Position numbers and translations under genes: made by a program. The notes beneath the pieces are model-generated. The model made no database searches. It saw nothing but the letters and a program-made list of their open reading frames with translations, and was not told the DNA's origin. From IMG/VR virus record IMGVR_UViG_3300010354_004913, positions 27,226 through 91,225 of that record: 64,000 nucleotides of DNA. One strand, written 5' to 3'. This document shows positions 19,341-27,730 of the stretch, in pieces (position 1 is the first letter of the stretch; every line of letters starts with the position of its first letter). This DNA is from a virus.

Positions 19341-20077
19341 ACTCTATTATATCTCAAATTCAAGCCAGGCAAAACAACCTTTCCATTGATCCATTTCTAG
19401 GATTCAATGATAGTCAAATGGCTGAACGCATAACTGAATTTAAAGAAGATCCTCTTACATTGTCTTGTGTAGTTAAGAGATTGCTAGAAACTGGTCAGGG
19501 TTATCGAAACATGAATGACACTACCACAGTGAATGATATCACTGGTGAGGACAGAATTCTAGCTAATCAGATTAAAGATTACTATAAGAAAAAATTCTTT
19601 TGGCGTGCCTTAAGTGATAATAGGACACTAAGTGATTATCGTAAACGACTAATTAATCTTTTAGAAAATAATATTAGAAACTGTAAAGATCAAGACTGCG
19701 GCATCTACTATAAGCTGCCCTACTTCTATGAAGAAGACATGGTCTATGATGAATTTAAAAAGACATTAGATACTTCTAAGCTCAGTGATCTAGGCAATGC
19801 TCGTCAAACATTGTTTTTGAAACAGCTGACTTTTCTCAGAACATCTTTCAGTGGACAGAGAAAAAATAAAATTGTGCGCTACTGGTTTAACGATGACAAC
19901 AATTGGCTGTATGGTCTCAGTCTAACACAGGACAATCCCTTGCTGGCAATCTTTGATAGCTATCTTAAAGAACATGGCACTGTGGTATTTGACACAAGAC
20001 TGGTAGAAGATAGAATTGATGATTTACACTACTATAAAATGTATAACTATAAATTTGTAAAGGAAAAATATGCCTAA
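19337..20077 (+). CDS. Hypothetical protein
   Basis: 246-aa coupled ORF. Confidence 0.65.
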   Translation: MNSIISQIQARQNNLSIDPFLGFNDSQMAERITEFKEDPLTLSCVVKRLLETGQGYRNMNDTTTVNDITGEDRILANQIKDYYKKKFFWRALSDNRTLSDYRKRLINLLENNIRNCKDQDCGIYYKLPYFYEEDMVYDEFKKTLDTSKLSDLGNARQTLFLKQLTFLRTSFSGQRKNKIVRYWFNDDNNWLYGLSLTQDNPLLAIFDSYLKEHGTVVFDTRLVEDRIDDLHYYKMYNYKFVKEKYA

Positions 20078-20660
20078 TTTAGTACCAATGGTTATCGAGC
20101 AAGAAGCTCGAGGTGAACGTAGTTACGACATTTATAGTCGTCTGCTTAAAGATCGTATTGTCATACTAGATACAGATGTTAATGAACACAGTGCCAGCCT
20201 GATTGTAGCACAGCTACTATTTTTAGAAAGTCAAGGAAATGAAGACATCAACTTCTTTATCAACAGCCCAGGTGGAGTTGTTACTGCGGGAATGGCAATT
20301 TACGATACAATGCAGTTTATTAAACCCGATGTTAGCACCATTGTTATGGGCCAGGCTTGCAGTATGGGCAGTCTCCTTGCCACAGCAGGAGCTCCAGGCA
20401 AGCGAAAAATGCTCCCAAACGCCCGTCACATGATTCACCAGCCCTCAGGTGGTGCTCGCGGGCAAGCTACAGACATGCAAATTCAAGTTGAAGAGATCCT
20501 AAAAATGAAAAAATCTTTGACCGAAATCTATGTCAAGCACAATTCAAAGGGCAAAACTTTTGCTCAATTTAGTGTAGATATGGAACGTGACAAGTTTATG
20601 AGCGCACAAGAAGCTTTAGAATACGGTTTGATTGATCAAATCGTAGAAAAACGCTCATAA
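20070..20660 (+). CDS. clpP: ATP-dependent Clp protease proteolytic subunit
   Basis: [22 protein letters not shown] (catalytic Ser), MIHQPSGG (His), ERD (Asp). Confidence 0.97.
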   Translation: MPNLVPMVIEQEARGERSYDIYSRLLKDRIVILDTDVNEHSASLIVAQLLFLESQGNEDINFFINSPGGVVTAGMAIYDTMQFIKPDVSTIVMGQACSMGSLLATAGAPGKRKMLPNARHMIHQPSGGARGQATDMQIQVEEILKMKKSLTEIYVKHNSKGKTFAQFSVDMERDKFMSAQEALEYGLIDQIVEKRS

Positions 20661-20673
20661 AGTGCGTACATAA

Positions 20674-20716
20674 TTGGCTCCGGCAGTAAACTATAAATAT
20701 AATTACTAGGAGCCAA
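20674..20716 (+). promoter_or_regulatory. Late promoter TATAAATA inside an RBS-sequestering hairpin
   Basis: TTGGCTCC (20674-81)/GGAGCCAA (20709-16) and AGTAA/TTACT arms enclose TATAAATA (20692-99). Confidence 0.65.
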
Positions 20717-20717
20717 A

Positions 20718-21446
20718 ATGGAAAGAAAGCCATTTAATTGGAGTATATTGACTAGAGATGCCCTGTATGGACTACTAAACTCCATACAGAATAAGATTGT
20801 TGATCATAATCTAGCTGTTGAAGACATTCATAGCATACTGTCTAAACATATTAAAAAATATCTACCTATTAAAGTTCGCTTAGATAGAGACATAAAAAAT
20901 GACAAGGGCTATATCTATGTGGGCGGAACCTATGACAGCACAATAGATAAGGCCGATAAACCTAGATATATCGAAATAATTTTTAGTTATAACCCAGATC
21001 AAAAACGTCTTAAATTAAGTCGTCATCGTTGGCAAAGATTGTGTCTTCTATTCGCTGATACAATGCTACACGAAATTATTCATACTAGACAGTATCGCAG
21101 TAGAAAATTTAAAGCTATTCCAGGGTATCAAAGTTTTGCCTATTATGCTAGAGATCGTCGCAAGCAAGAATATTACGGTGACAGAGATGAAATTGGTGCC
21201 TTTAGCTATAACATTGCCTGCGAACTTTATGATAGATTTTCTACAGATTTTGGAGCAGCAGCCAAATATTTAGATTCAAATCAATATCGTAGACATCAAA
21301 GAACTAGCTTCTACAGGTATATGGAAGCTTTTAATCATAATCATGACCATCCGATTATCAAACGAATCAAAAGAAAATCTCTTTCACAATTACCTAATGC
21401 CGAAATTGGCAAACCATTTCGAACATCAAACTACTTGACCTATTGA
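20718..21446 (+). CDS. HExxH zinc-metallopeptidase-like protein
   Basis: HEIIH plus YYGDRDEIGAF; paralog of 15196-15858. Confidence 0.5.
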   Translation: MERKPFNWSILTRDALYGLLNSIQNKIVDHNLAVEDIHSILSKHIKKYLPIKVRLDRDIKNDKGYIYVGGTYDSTIDKADKPRYIEIIFSYNPDQKRLKLSRHRWQRLCLLFADTMLHEIIHTRQYRSRKFKAIPGYQSFAYYARDRRKQEYYGDRDEIGAFSYNIACELYDRFSTDFGAAAKYLDSNQYRRHQRTSFYRYMEAFNHNHDHPIIKRIKRKSLSQLPNAEIGKPFRTSNYLTY

Positions 21447-21463
21447 TTCTTAGACTGTATAAT
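21435..21463 (+). promoter_or_regulatory. sigma70 promoter
   Basis: TTGACC-N17-TATAAT. Confidence 0.75.
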
Positions 21464-21493
21464 AAGAGTATTATTAAACATCTAGGAGCAAAA

Positions 21494-22810
21494 ATGACTA
21501 CCCCTTGCGATCAGGTCATTTATAATTTGGAAACACACAATAGCCGTTTGGACAAAGAAGCAATCATTGAAGTCCAAATGAATGCTAAGAACGATGAATT
21601 TTTTGCAGGGTGCCGACTGGCGTAGGACCCTATGATTACCTTTGGACTTAAACAAATACCGGAGAAAACAAATGAAGACGGCCCTGGCTTATCTTGGGAT
21701 GGTTTTAATAGTGTCATTCAGCGTTTATCTAATCGTGAGCTTACCGGTAACGTTGCCCGAAGCGCCGTTGATGCGATGATGAACACAGCCACTCAGTCTG
21801 AATGGAATGGGTGGTATCGTCGTATCCTTATCAAGGATTTGCGTTGCGGTGTAAGTGAAAAAACTATTAACAAGGTTGTAAAACGTGGACCTAAGAACTA
21901 TACTATTCCTATGTTTGAGTGTCAACTTGCTCACGATAGTAGTAATCACGAAAGCAAAGTGGCCGGAAGAAAACTCATCGAAGTTAAGCTCGATGGAGTT
22001 CGCGTTATTACTATTGTCTATCCAAGCGGGCGTGTTGATCAGTTTAGCCGTAATGGCAAGGAACTGGTTAATTTTGAGCACATAAAAGCACAGCTCAGTG
22101 AAGTAGGCAAAGGCTTTGATATTCCTTATGTGCTAGACGGTGAAGTTATGTCTAGCAGTTTCCAGGACCTTATGAAGCAGGTTCATCGCAAAGACAATGT
22201 CAATGCGTCGGATGCTATCCTGTATCTATTTGATATTATGCCTTTGGTAGATTTCCAAAAAGGTTTTAGCAATCTTCTACAGACAGAACGTAGCGGTCTA
22301 CTTCAAAGTTGGTATGAACTCGAACAAGAAAATTTGCCTAGCGTTCGTGTGCTCGAACACGAACTAATTGATCTAGATACTGCTGAAGGCAAACGTCTAT
22401 TCAACGAAATTAACCAAGAAGCTATTGACGGCGGCTACGAAGGTATTATGATCAAAGATCCCGACGCACCGTATGAGTGTAAGCGTACACATCATTGGCT
22501 TAAACTGAAGCCGTTTATTGAAGTATCACTAACTGTTACGGCTGTAGAAGAAGGCACTGGTCGTAATATAGGCAAGTTAGGTGCCTTAGTATGTGAAGGC
22601 AAAGACAATGGACAATTCATACGGGTCAATTGCGGTTCTGGCTTTAGTGATTCAGACCGTGATTCTTATTGGGTGGATCGTAAAGAAGTGGTTGGCAAGC
22701 TCGTGGAAGTTAGGGCTGACGCAATTACACAGAATCAAGATGGTTCTTATTCGCTACGTTTTCCGAGGTTCATACGTTTCAGAGGATTTAAAGATGGGGA
22801 AAAAATTTAA
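21494..22810 (+). CDS. ATP-dependent DNA ligase, interrupted by one in-frame TAG (21623-21625)
   Basis: Motifs EVKLDGVR, LDGE, LFD, EGIMIK, WLKLKP, SLRFPRF; the N-terminal piece with AGGAG RBS at 21494 is in frame with 21632. Confidence 0.9.
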
Positions 22811-23042
22811 TATTAGACGTTCAATGAACAAGGATATCATTTACGGTGCCCTATTAGAACTTAGTCAAAATCAACGTGTTTGGCACGAAAGTTCTGTAAG
22901 CCCTGAATATAGTAAGTTGACAGATGAGGGGCGCGAAGCTATTATACATGTTGTTGAAGAAATGTTTCGTGGACTTCAAACTATACACAAGATGGAAATT
23001 GCCGACGAAGCTAAACGTCAAACTCTCGAGGCACTACAATGA
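22794..23042 (+). CDS. Hypothetical protein
   Basis: ATG 22794 after GAGG; coupled to the next gene. Confidence 0.55.
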   Translation: MGKKFNIRRSMNKDIIYGALLELSQNQRVWHESSVSPEYSKLTDEGREAIIHVVEEMFRGLQTIHKMEIADEAKRQTLEALQ

Positions 23043-23287
23043 ACGAACGAATTCGTGAACTTGCTGAACAGGCTAGAAAAGCATTAGCCACAGATGCTAT
23101 GAGTGGTGGCGAATTCAATATGAAAGCATACGAAGAAAAGTTCGCCGAGTTGATTGTCAGGGAATGTGCTGAATTGTCTGTGAATAGTCAATATGCCAAT
23201 ACTAAAAGTGAGTATTATGAAGGCTTCAATGAGGCATTGGTTTATGCTGGAAATAAGATTAAACAACATTTCGGAGTTGAAGAATGA
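23039..23287 (+). CDS. 'MNERI.ELA' family small phage protein, copy 1
   Basis: MNERIRELA...EKFAELIVRECA...QHFGVEE. Confidence 0.75.
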   Translation: MNERIRELAEQARKALATDAMSGGEFNMKAYEEKFAELIVRECAELSVNSQYANTKSEYYEGFNEALVYAGNKIKQHFGVEE

Positions 23288-23509
23288 ACGAACGAATCAA
23301 AGAACTTGCCGACGAGGCTGCTAAATTCAGTGCTGTTATGGCTCTGCCCACAGGCGAGCCCGGGGACAAATTATTTGTTGAAAAGTTCGCCGAGTTGATT
23401 GTGCGTGAATGTGCTGATGTGGCTAAAGAAACAAGATGGGCTGTGCCTCCTAGCCAAGAGCAGATTGCCAGAGGAATCCAACAACATTTCGGAGTTGAAG
23501 AATGAACGA
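23262..23509 (+). repeat. 30-bp direct repeat spanning gene junctions
   Basis: AACAACATTTCGGAGTTGAAGAATGAACGA at 23262-23291 and 23480-23509; a second 23-bp identity at 23135-23157 and 23380-23402. Confidence 0.9.
23284..23505 (+). CDS. 'MNERI.ELA' family small phage protein, copy 2
   Basis: MNERIKELA...EKFAELIVRECA...QHFGVEE. Confidence 0.75.
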   Translation: MNERIKELADEAAKFSAVMALPTGEPGDKLFVEKFAELIVRECADVAKETRWAVPPSQEQIARGIQQHFGVEE

Positions 23510-23585
23510 GATTGGTTTGGCACTGCTGGCCTGTTATGTGATTGGTTTTGTCACTGGTTTTGTTTGGGGCTGGCAAAAGAATTAA
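23502..23585 (+). CDS. Small single-TM peptide (27 aa)
   Basis: MNEIGLALLACYVIGFVTGFVWGWQKN; uses the same GGAG RBS/ATG junction repeat. Confidence 0.5.
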   Translation: MNEIGLALLACYVIGFVTGFVWGWQKN

Positions 23586-23601
23586 CTATGGACGCAATGA
23601 G

Positions 23602-23796
23602 ATGAAACACAATATAACAATACAGCCAGGACAATATTGGAGCAGCCTAAATAGAACAGAGTTTCATGTAGATGATGTAAGAGTTACTGAAACCGGAGTT
23701 TGGGTTCACTATACTAATACATTTACGCAACAGACCTATAGCTGTCTAGAAGAGGCATTTAGGCATAGATTTGACCCTATCGTAAATCGTGGGTAA
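23602..23796 (+). CDS. Hypothetical protein
   Basis: 'WVHY.N...QTYSCLEEAF..RF' small beta protein. Confidence 0.6.
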   Translation: MKHNITIQPGQYWSSLNRTEFHVDDVRVTETGVWVHYTNTFTQQTYSCLEEAFRHRFDPIVNRG

Positions 23797-23822
23797 TAAA
23801 TACTTTTTTAAAAGGAGAAAAT

Positions 23823-24515
23823 ATGTTTGGAACTTCATATATGGATAATTCAGTTAGCTACCGCTCAGCGGCAGAGATTAACTCAGCTATGGGCCGTGTC
23901 TATGGACACATGGCTTTAGCTGTGTTAACCAGTATGATTGTCAGTTACCTTGTGGGAACTAGTCAAGCACTACTGGCATTTTTCTTTACAGGATTTTTAA
24001 AATGGATTGTAATTTTTGCTCCACTAGTAGCCATTTTTGCTATCACATTTTTAATGGAAAAAGTTAGTAAAGTAGGCGCTACACTGATGTTACATGGATT
24101 TGCTGCCTTAATGGGCCTTAGCTTTGCTACTATCTTTGCGGTCTATAATATGGGATCAATTGTTAGTGCCTTTATGGGAGGCGCAATTTTGTTTGGAACA
24201 ATGAGTGGCTATGGTTACTTTACCAAAAAAGATCTAAGTAGTTGGGGCAGTTTCTTAATTATAGGTTTGATTGCTATTATTATTGCTAGTATTATTAACA
24301 TCTTTGTTGGTTCTACTGTAATGCAAATGGTTATTTCAGCTATCGCAATTATTATCTTCTTAGGACTTACTGCTTATGATACCCAAAGAATTAGAGAAGA
24401 AGTTAGTGTAGACAACAATGGAGTAGCTGAAATTAGAGGGGCCCTAACTCTATATCTTGACTTTATTAACCTATTCTTAAATCTATTACAATTATTCGGT
24501 GGCAAAAAAGAATGA
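23823..24515 (+). CDS. Bax inhibitor-1/YccA family membrane protein
   Basis: About 7 hydrophobic segments; TKKDLS, YDTQRI, ALTLYLDFINLF; AATAAATA and AGGAG upstream. Confidence 0.93.
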   Translation: MFGTSYMDNSVSYRSAAEINSAMGRVYGHMALAVLTSMIVSYLVGTSQALLAFFFTGFLKWIVIFAPLVAIFAITFLMEKVSKVGATLMLHGFAALMGLSFATIFAVYNMGSIVSAFMGGAILFGTMSGYGYFTKKDLSSWGSFLIIGLIAIIIASIINIFVGSTVMQMVISAIAIIIFLGLTAYDTQRIREEVSVDNNGVAEIRGALTLYLDFINLFLNLLQLFGGKKE

Positions 24516-24946
24516 GAGATTTAATCAATATTGTAGAAGGTAAATCTATCACTGACGAATGGTTTAAGGACGGAGGATTTAAAACTTTTAAACGTCCAGC
24601 CAAAGAACGTTATAAAATTGCTGACAAGCCTGGCACTATTGATACGTTAGAGGGTCCGGTTAAGTATCCTGCGGGCTACTACATTATGACCGGACCCAAA
24701 GGTGAACAGTATCCAATTTCACCAGAAAAGTTTAAGGACTTAAAGGATGATTTGGGTAATGGTATATGTACACCTAAAAAAATTATCAAGGTGGCCAAAC
24801 TGGCAGATCACTCTGGAACGGTTGACACATCATGGGGTGAGAAGTTACACTATAATCCAGGCGAAGATGTTATTGTCCGCCACGGTGAGAATGACTACGG
24901 TGTAGTTAAAAAAGATATATTCGCACAAACATACGAAAAGGTGTAA
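24512..24946 (+). CDS. PGDYG-like tandem-domain protein
   Basis: Two repeats: 'TIDTLEG...GYYIMTGPKGEQYPI' and 'TVDTSWG...GEDVIVRHGENDYGVVKKDIFAQTY'. Confidence 0.55.
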   Translation: MRDLINIVEGKSITDEWFKDGGFKTFKRPAKERYKIADKPGTIDTLEGPVKYPAGYYIMTGPKGEQYPISPEKFKDLKDDLGNGICTPKKIIKVAKLADHSGTVDTSWGEKLHYNPGEDVIVRHGENDYGVVKKDIFAQTYEKV

Positions 24947-24947
24947 A

Positions 24948-25787
24948 ATGGGTCAAAGAGCCAATTACTGGTCATGTTCTAAATTTGCTGACTGGATTCG
25001 AGGTATCGAAAAAGGTGGTGCTAAGACTGGTCGCGGCTGGCGTGAATGGGAACAAGAAGGCAAACGTCTTCATCCCGTTCGTTACTGGATTGCAGAAGAG
25101 GCACTAGATGCTGTTCAAAACTTTATCTGGTGGCCAGTTGATCAACTTTATAACATTAAATATTATGTTAATAATCGCTGGGTTACAAAAACTCATTCAC
25201 TTACAGCAGACCCGAAGGATATTAAACGTGGACAATGGTGTGACGTTGGTAATCGTTTTTTACCTTGCTTATTTGGCGAGCTGGTCAACTACGTAGAAGT
25301 TGAGTTAGCTTGGTGGCACATAGCATGGAGTGACAAAGATGAAAAAGCCAAATATAATACCCCCTTCTGGGCCACCGGGTGGTTCAGGTGGAGGACTTGG
25401 CGTTGTCCACAGGCTGGTTTGGATAACCTCGAGTGGCAACGTAATTTGGTTTGGAAAGAAGAAGAATGTGAGCCAGGTAGCCCAAACATTGGGCAACCGA
25501 CCTATCAGGCTATTAAAGCTCAAGAAATCTTAGATCTGTATCGTTGGTGGACTGAAGTTTATCCAAAACGTCCAGATGTACACGATGCTAGTGGCTGGAC
25601 AGCCTATTGTGACATGCGTCGTGCTCGCGGTGATCACATGCTAGACTTTGAAGATCGCACTCCAGAAGAAGCAGAAATGAGTCGTAAGGCTCTTGACAAG
25701 AGTCGTGAAATTGAAGAAGCATACGAAGCTGAAAACGAGGCTATGATGATTCGTCTTATCAAAATTCGTAATTCACTTTGGACTTGA
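24948..25787 (+). CDS. Trp-rich hypothetical protein
   Basis: 279-aa ORF ending LIKIRNSLWT. Confidence 0.7.
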   Translation: MGQRANYWSCSKFADWIRGIEKGGAKTGRGWREWEQEGKRLHPVRYWIAEEALDAVQNFIWWPVDQLYNIKYYVNNRWVTKTHSLTADPKDIKRGQWCDVGNRFLPCLFGELVNYVEVELAWWHIAWSDKDEKAKYNTPFWATGWFRWRTWRCPQAGLDNLEWQRNLVWKEEECEPGSPNIGQPTYQAIKAQEILDLYRWWTEVYPKRPDVHDASGWTAYCDMRRARGDHMLDFEDRTPEEAEMSRKALDKSREIEEAYEAENEAMMIRLIKIRNSLWT

Positions 25788-25812
25788 CATTGCCAGTGTT
25801 CGACTGTATAAT
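25784..25812 (+). promoter_or_regulatory. Consensus sigma70 promoter
   Basis: TTGACA-N17-TATAAT. Confidence 0.85.
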
Positions 25813-25844
25813 TACTTTATTGTTTAACATACAGGAGCAACCAG

Positions 25845-27020
25845 ATGGCTACTAAACTTAAAAAAGCAAGTATCGCTTTTCGCCAAAAAGCCAATCGTGA
25901 TAATAGTCCTAGTTGGGACGGAGCAGACGAATGGAGTGGTGATAAATTTACTGCTCAATTTCGAGTAGCAATGGATTATTACCGCTTAGAATCCACTGTC
26001 AAAGACCTTAAAGTTAAAGTAGTCGAGTGGATGCACAGTCAAGGATATGATCGTGAAGATATCCGCGACTTTAGAAAACTCAAAGACAAATATCTCAACG
26101 GCACTATGGTAGGTGTAGCTGCCTGCCTTGTTAAAGGCATGCCCGAAGTACACGAAGGTTTCAATCATGGCAAAGATACCGGCGCATGGCTTCGAAACGA
26201 AATTACCAAAGTACTAGCAATGGGTAGTGCTGATCTAGAAGAAGATGAAGAAGACAAGGCAGCAAAGCCTGCAGGGCCAGTCATTACTATTCAAGACAGG
26301 GTAAGAGAATCCAGTTTGGCAATGACAGACGAAATCGAAGATGCTATTGAGTCGTGGCAAAATGACGCAGACAACTTTGATCCCAAACAATTTAAAGTTT
26401 TAAACCTCCTTAAAGGCAAGCAGGCCAAAGCAGCTCATGCTCGAATTATTCGCGACTACTACGGTCGCTGGTTATCTGAGTTGAATGAACTGGCTAGCGG
26501 TGAAGCTGATGAACAACTTCGAGAAGGATACAAGCATCGTAGTAAGAAGCAGATCCGTAAGATGATTGAGTTTTTGACTGAAATCGAATCGGCTTGTAAC
26601 ATGCTGATGCAAGAAGCCAAGGTTACTCGCAAGCCTCGTAAGGTCAAAGCAATTAGCAAAGATAAGGTTGTTGCTAAACTGAAATACAAAAAAACTGACG
26701 AACCTCTCAAGTTGGTCAGTGTGAATCCTGCTGACATTATTGGCAGCAAGGAACTGTGGATCTACAATACTAAGAGTCGTAAATTTGGCAAATATGTTGC
26801 CGCCGAGTTTCACGATCTCGGAGTTAAAGGTACCACTATCACTGGCTTTGATGAATCTAAGAGTGTGTGTAAGACACTACGCAAGCCTGCAGAACAACTC
26901 AAAGAATTCAAGAGTGCGGGTAAGGTAGCACTTCGCAAATTTTTAGAAGACATCAATGCGGTTGATACGAAAATGAACGGACGTATCAATGAAGAAATTG
27001 TACTGCTTAAGGTCTCTTAA
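25845..27020 (+). CDS. Conserved phage hypothetical protein (basic C-terminal domain)
   Basis: 391 aa; AGGAG RBS; C-terminal KTLRKP...NGRINEE. Confidence 0.75.
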   Translation: MATKLKKASIAFRQKANRDNSPSWDGADEWSGDKFTAQFRVAMDYYRLESTVKDLKVKVVEWMHSQGYDREDIRDFRKLKDKYLNGTMVGVAACLVKGMPEVHEGFNHGKDTGAWLRNEITKVLAMGSADLEEDEEDKAAKPAGPVITIQDRVRESSLAMTDEIEDAIESWQNDADNFDPKQFKVLNLLKGKQAKAAHARIIRDYYGRWLSELNELASGEADEQLREGYKHRSKKQIRKMIEFLTEIESACNMLMQEAKVTRKPRKVKAISKDKVVAKLKYKKTDEPLKLVSVNPADIIGSKELWIYNTKSRKFGKYVAAEFHDLGVKGTTITGFDESKSVCKTLRKPAEQLKEFKSAGKVALRKFLEDINAVDTKMNGRINEEIVLLKVS

Positions 27021-27110
27021 GATAAGTACACTATGCGGTCTTAGGCATTCAACCCGCAATACAAATTCTGCATGCCATCAAACTTGCTACTTTTTACAAG
27101 GAGACTAGAG
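27021..27110 (+). ncRNA. Candidate pseudoknotted 5' leader of queD, preceded by late-type GATAAGTA
   Basis: P1 TGCGG(27034-38)/CCGCA(27054-58); loop GGCAT(27044-48) pairs with ATGCC(27072-76). Confidence 0.4.
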
Positions 27111-27665
27111 ATGGCAAAATCTTCAACAGCTGATTTAATCAGACACATGGAAGACAATCTTCCATACCGTGGTCCTGTGTCTTATTCGTGGACCAGTACC
27201 AAAGAATACCACGATGCTTTTCCCTGCGCTTATAGGCAATGGCGGGCTGATAGTCACTGTAATTTAATACACGGTTACAGTTTTTCAATGAAGTTTTATT
27301 TCGGCACTAACAATCTCGATGTGCGAAATTGGGCTGCTGACTATGGCGGCTTAAAAGAACTCAAAAAAATTCTAGAAGATCAATTTGATCATACTTTGCT
27401 TGTAGCACAAGATGATCCAGAACTAGAAACTTTCAAATTACTACAAGAAAAGAAAATGGCTAAGATTGTGATCCTTCCCCGACTGGGCTGTGAAGGACTG
27501 GCAGATCAACTTTACAAATATGTAAATGGTGTTTACATTCCAGAAATGTGGGGACCAGGTGAGGCTGCTAGGCTTTGGTGCTATCGTGTAGAAGTCCGTG
27601 AAACTCAAAGCAATATGGCTTTCCGTGAAGGACACCGCGAATGGAACGAGGATCTGTTTGCTTAA
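27111..27665 (+). CDS. queD: 6-carboxy-tetrahydropterin synthase (QueD/PTPS)
   Basis: CNLIHGY, DYGGLK, FDH, EGLA, VEVRET motifs; AGGAG RBS. Confidence 0.88.
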   Translation: MAKSSTADLIRHMEDNLPYRGPVSYSWTSTKEYHDAFPCAYRQWRADSHCNLIHGYSFSMKFYFGTNNLDVRNWAADYGGLKELKKILEDQFDHTLLVAQDDPELETFKLLQEKKMAKIVILPRLGCEGLADQLYKYVNGVYIPEMWGPGEAARLWCYRVEVRETQSNMAFREGHREWNEDLFA

Positions 27666-27674
27666 TCAAATATA

Positions 27675-27719
27675 TTGATTTACCAAGGCATAGATGTTAT
27701 AATACACTATGCCTTTTTT
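27675..27719 (+). terminator. Intrinsic terminator hairpin whose loop is the -10 box of the uvsE promoter
   Basis: AAGGCATAG-A-TGT/ACA-CTATGCCTT plus T-run; TTGATT(27675)-N17-TATAAT(27698). Confidence 0.6.
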
Positions 27720-27730
27720 AATTACACACT

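Noticed and set aside
23039-23585. CRISPR array or DGR template/variable repeat
   Set aside because: Only two repeat copies, inside coding frames, with no A-specific mismatch pattern and no cas or reverse transcriptase gene in the window
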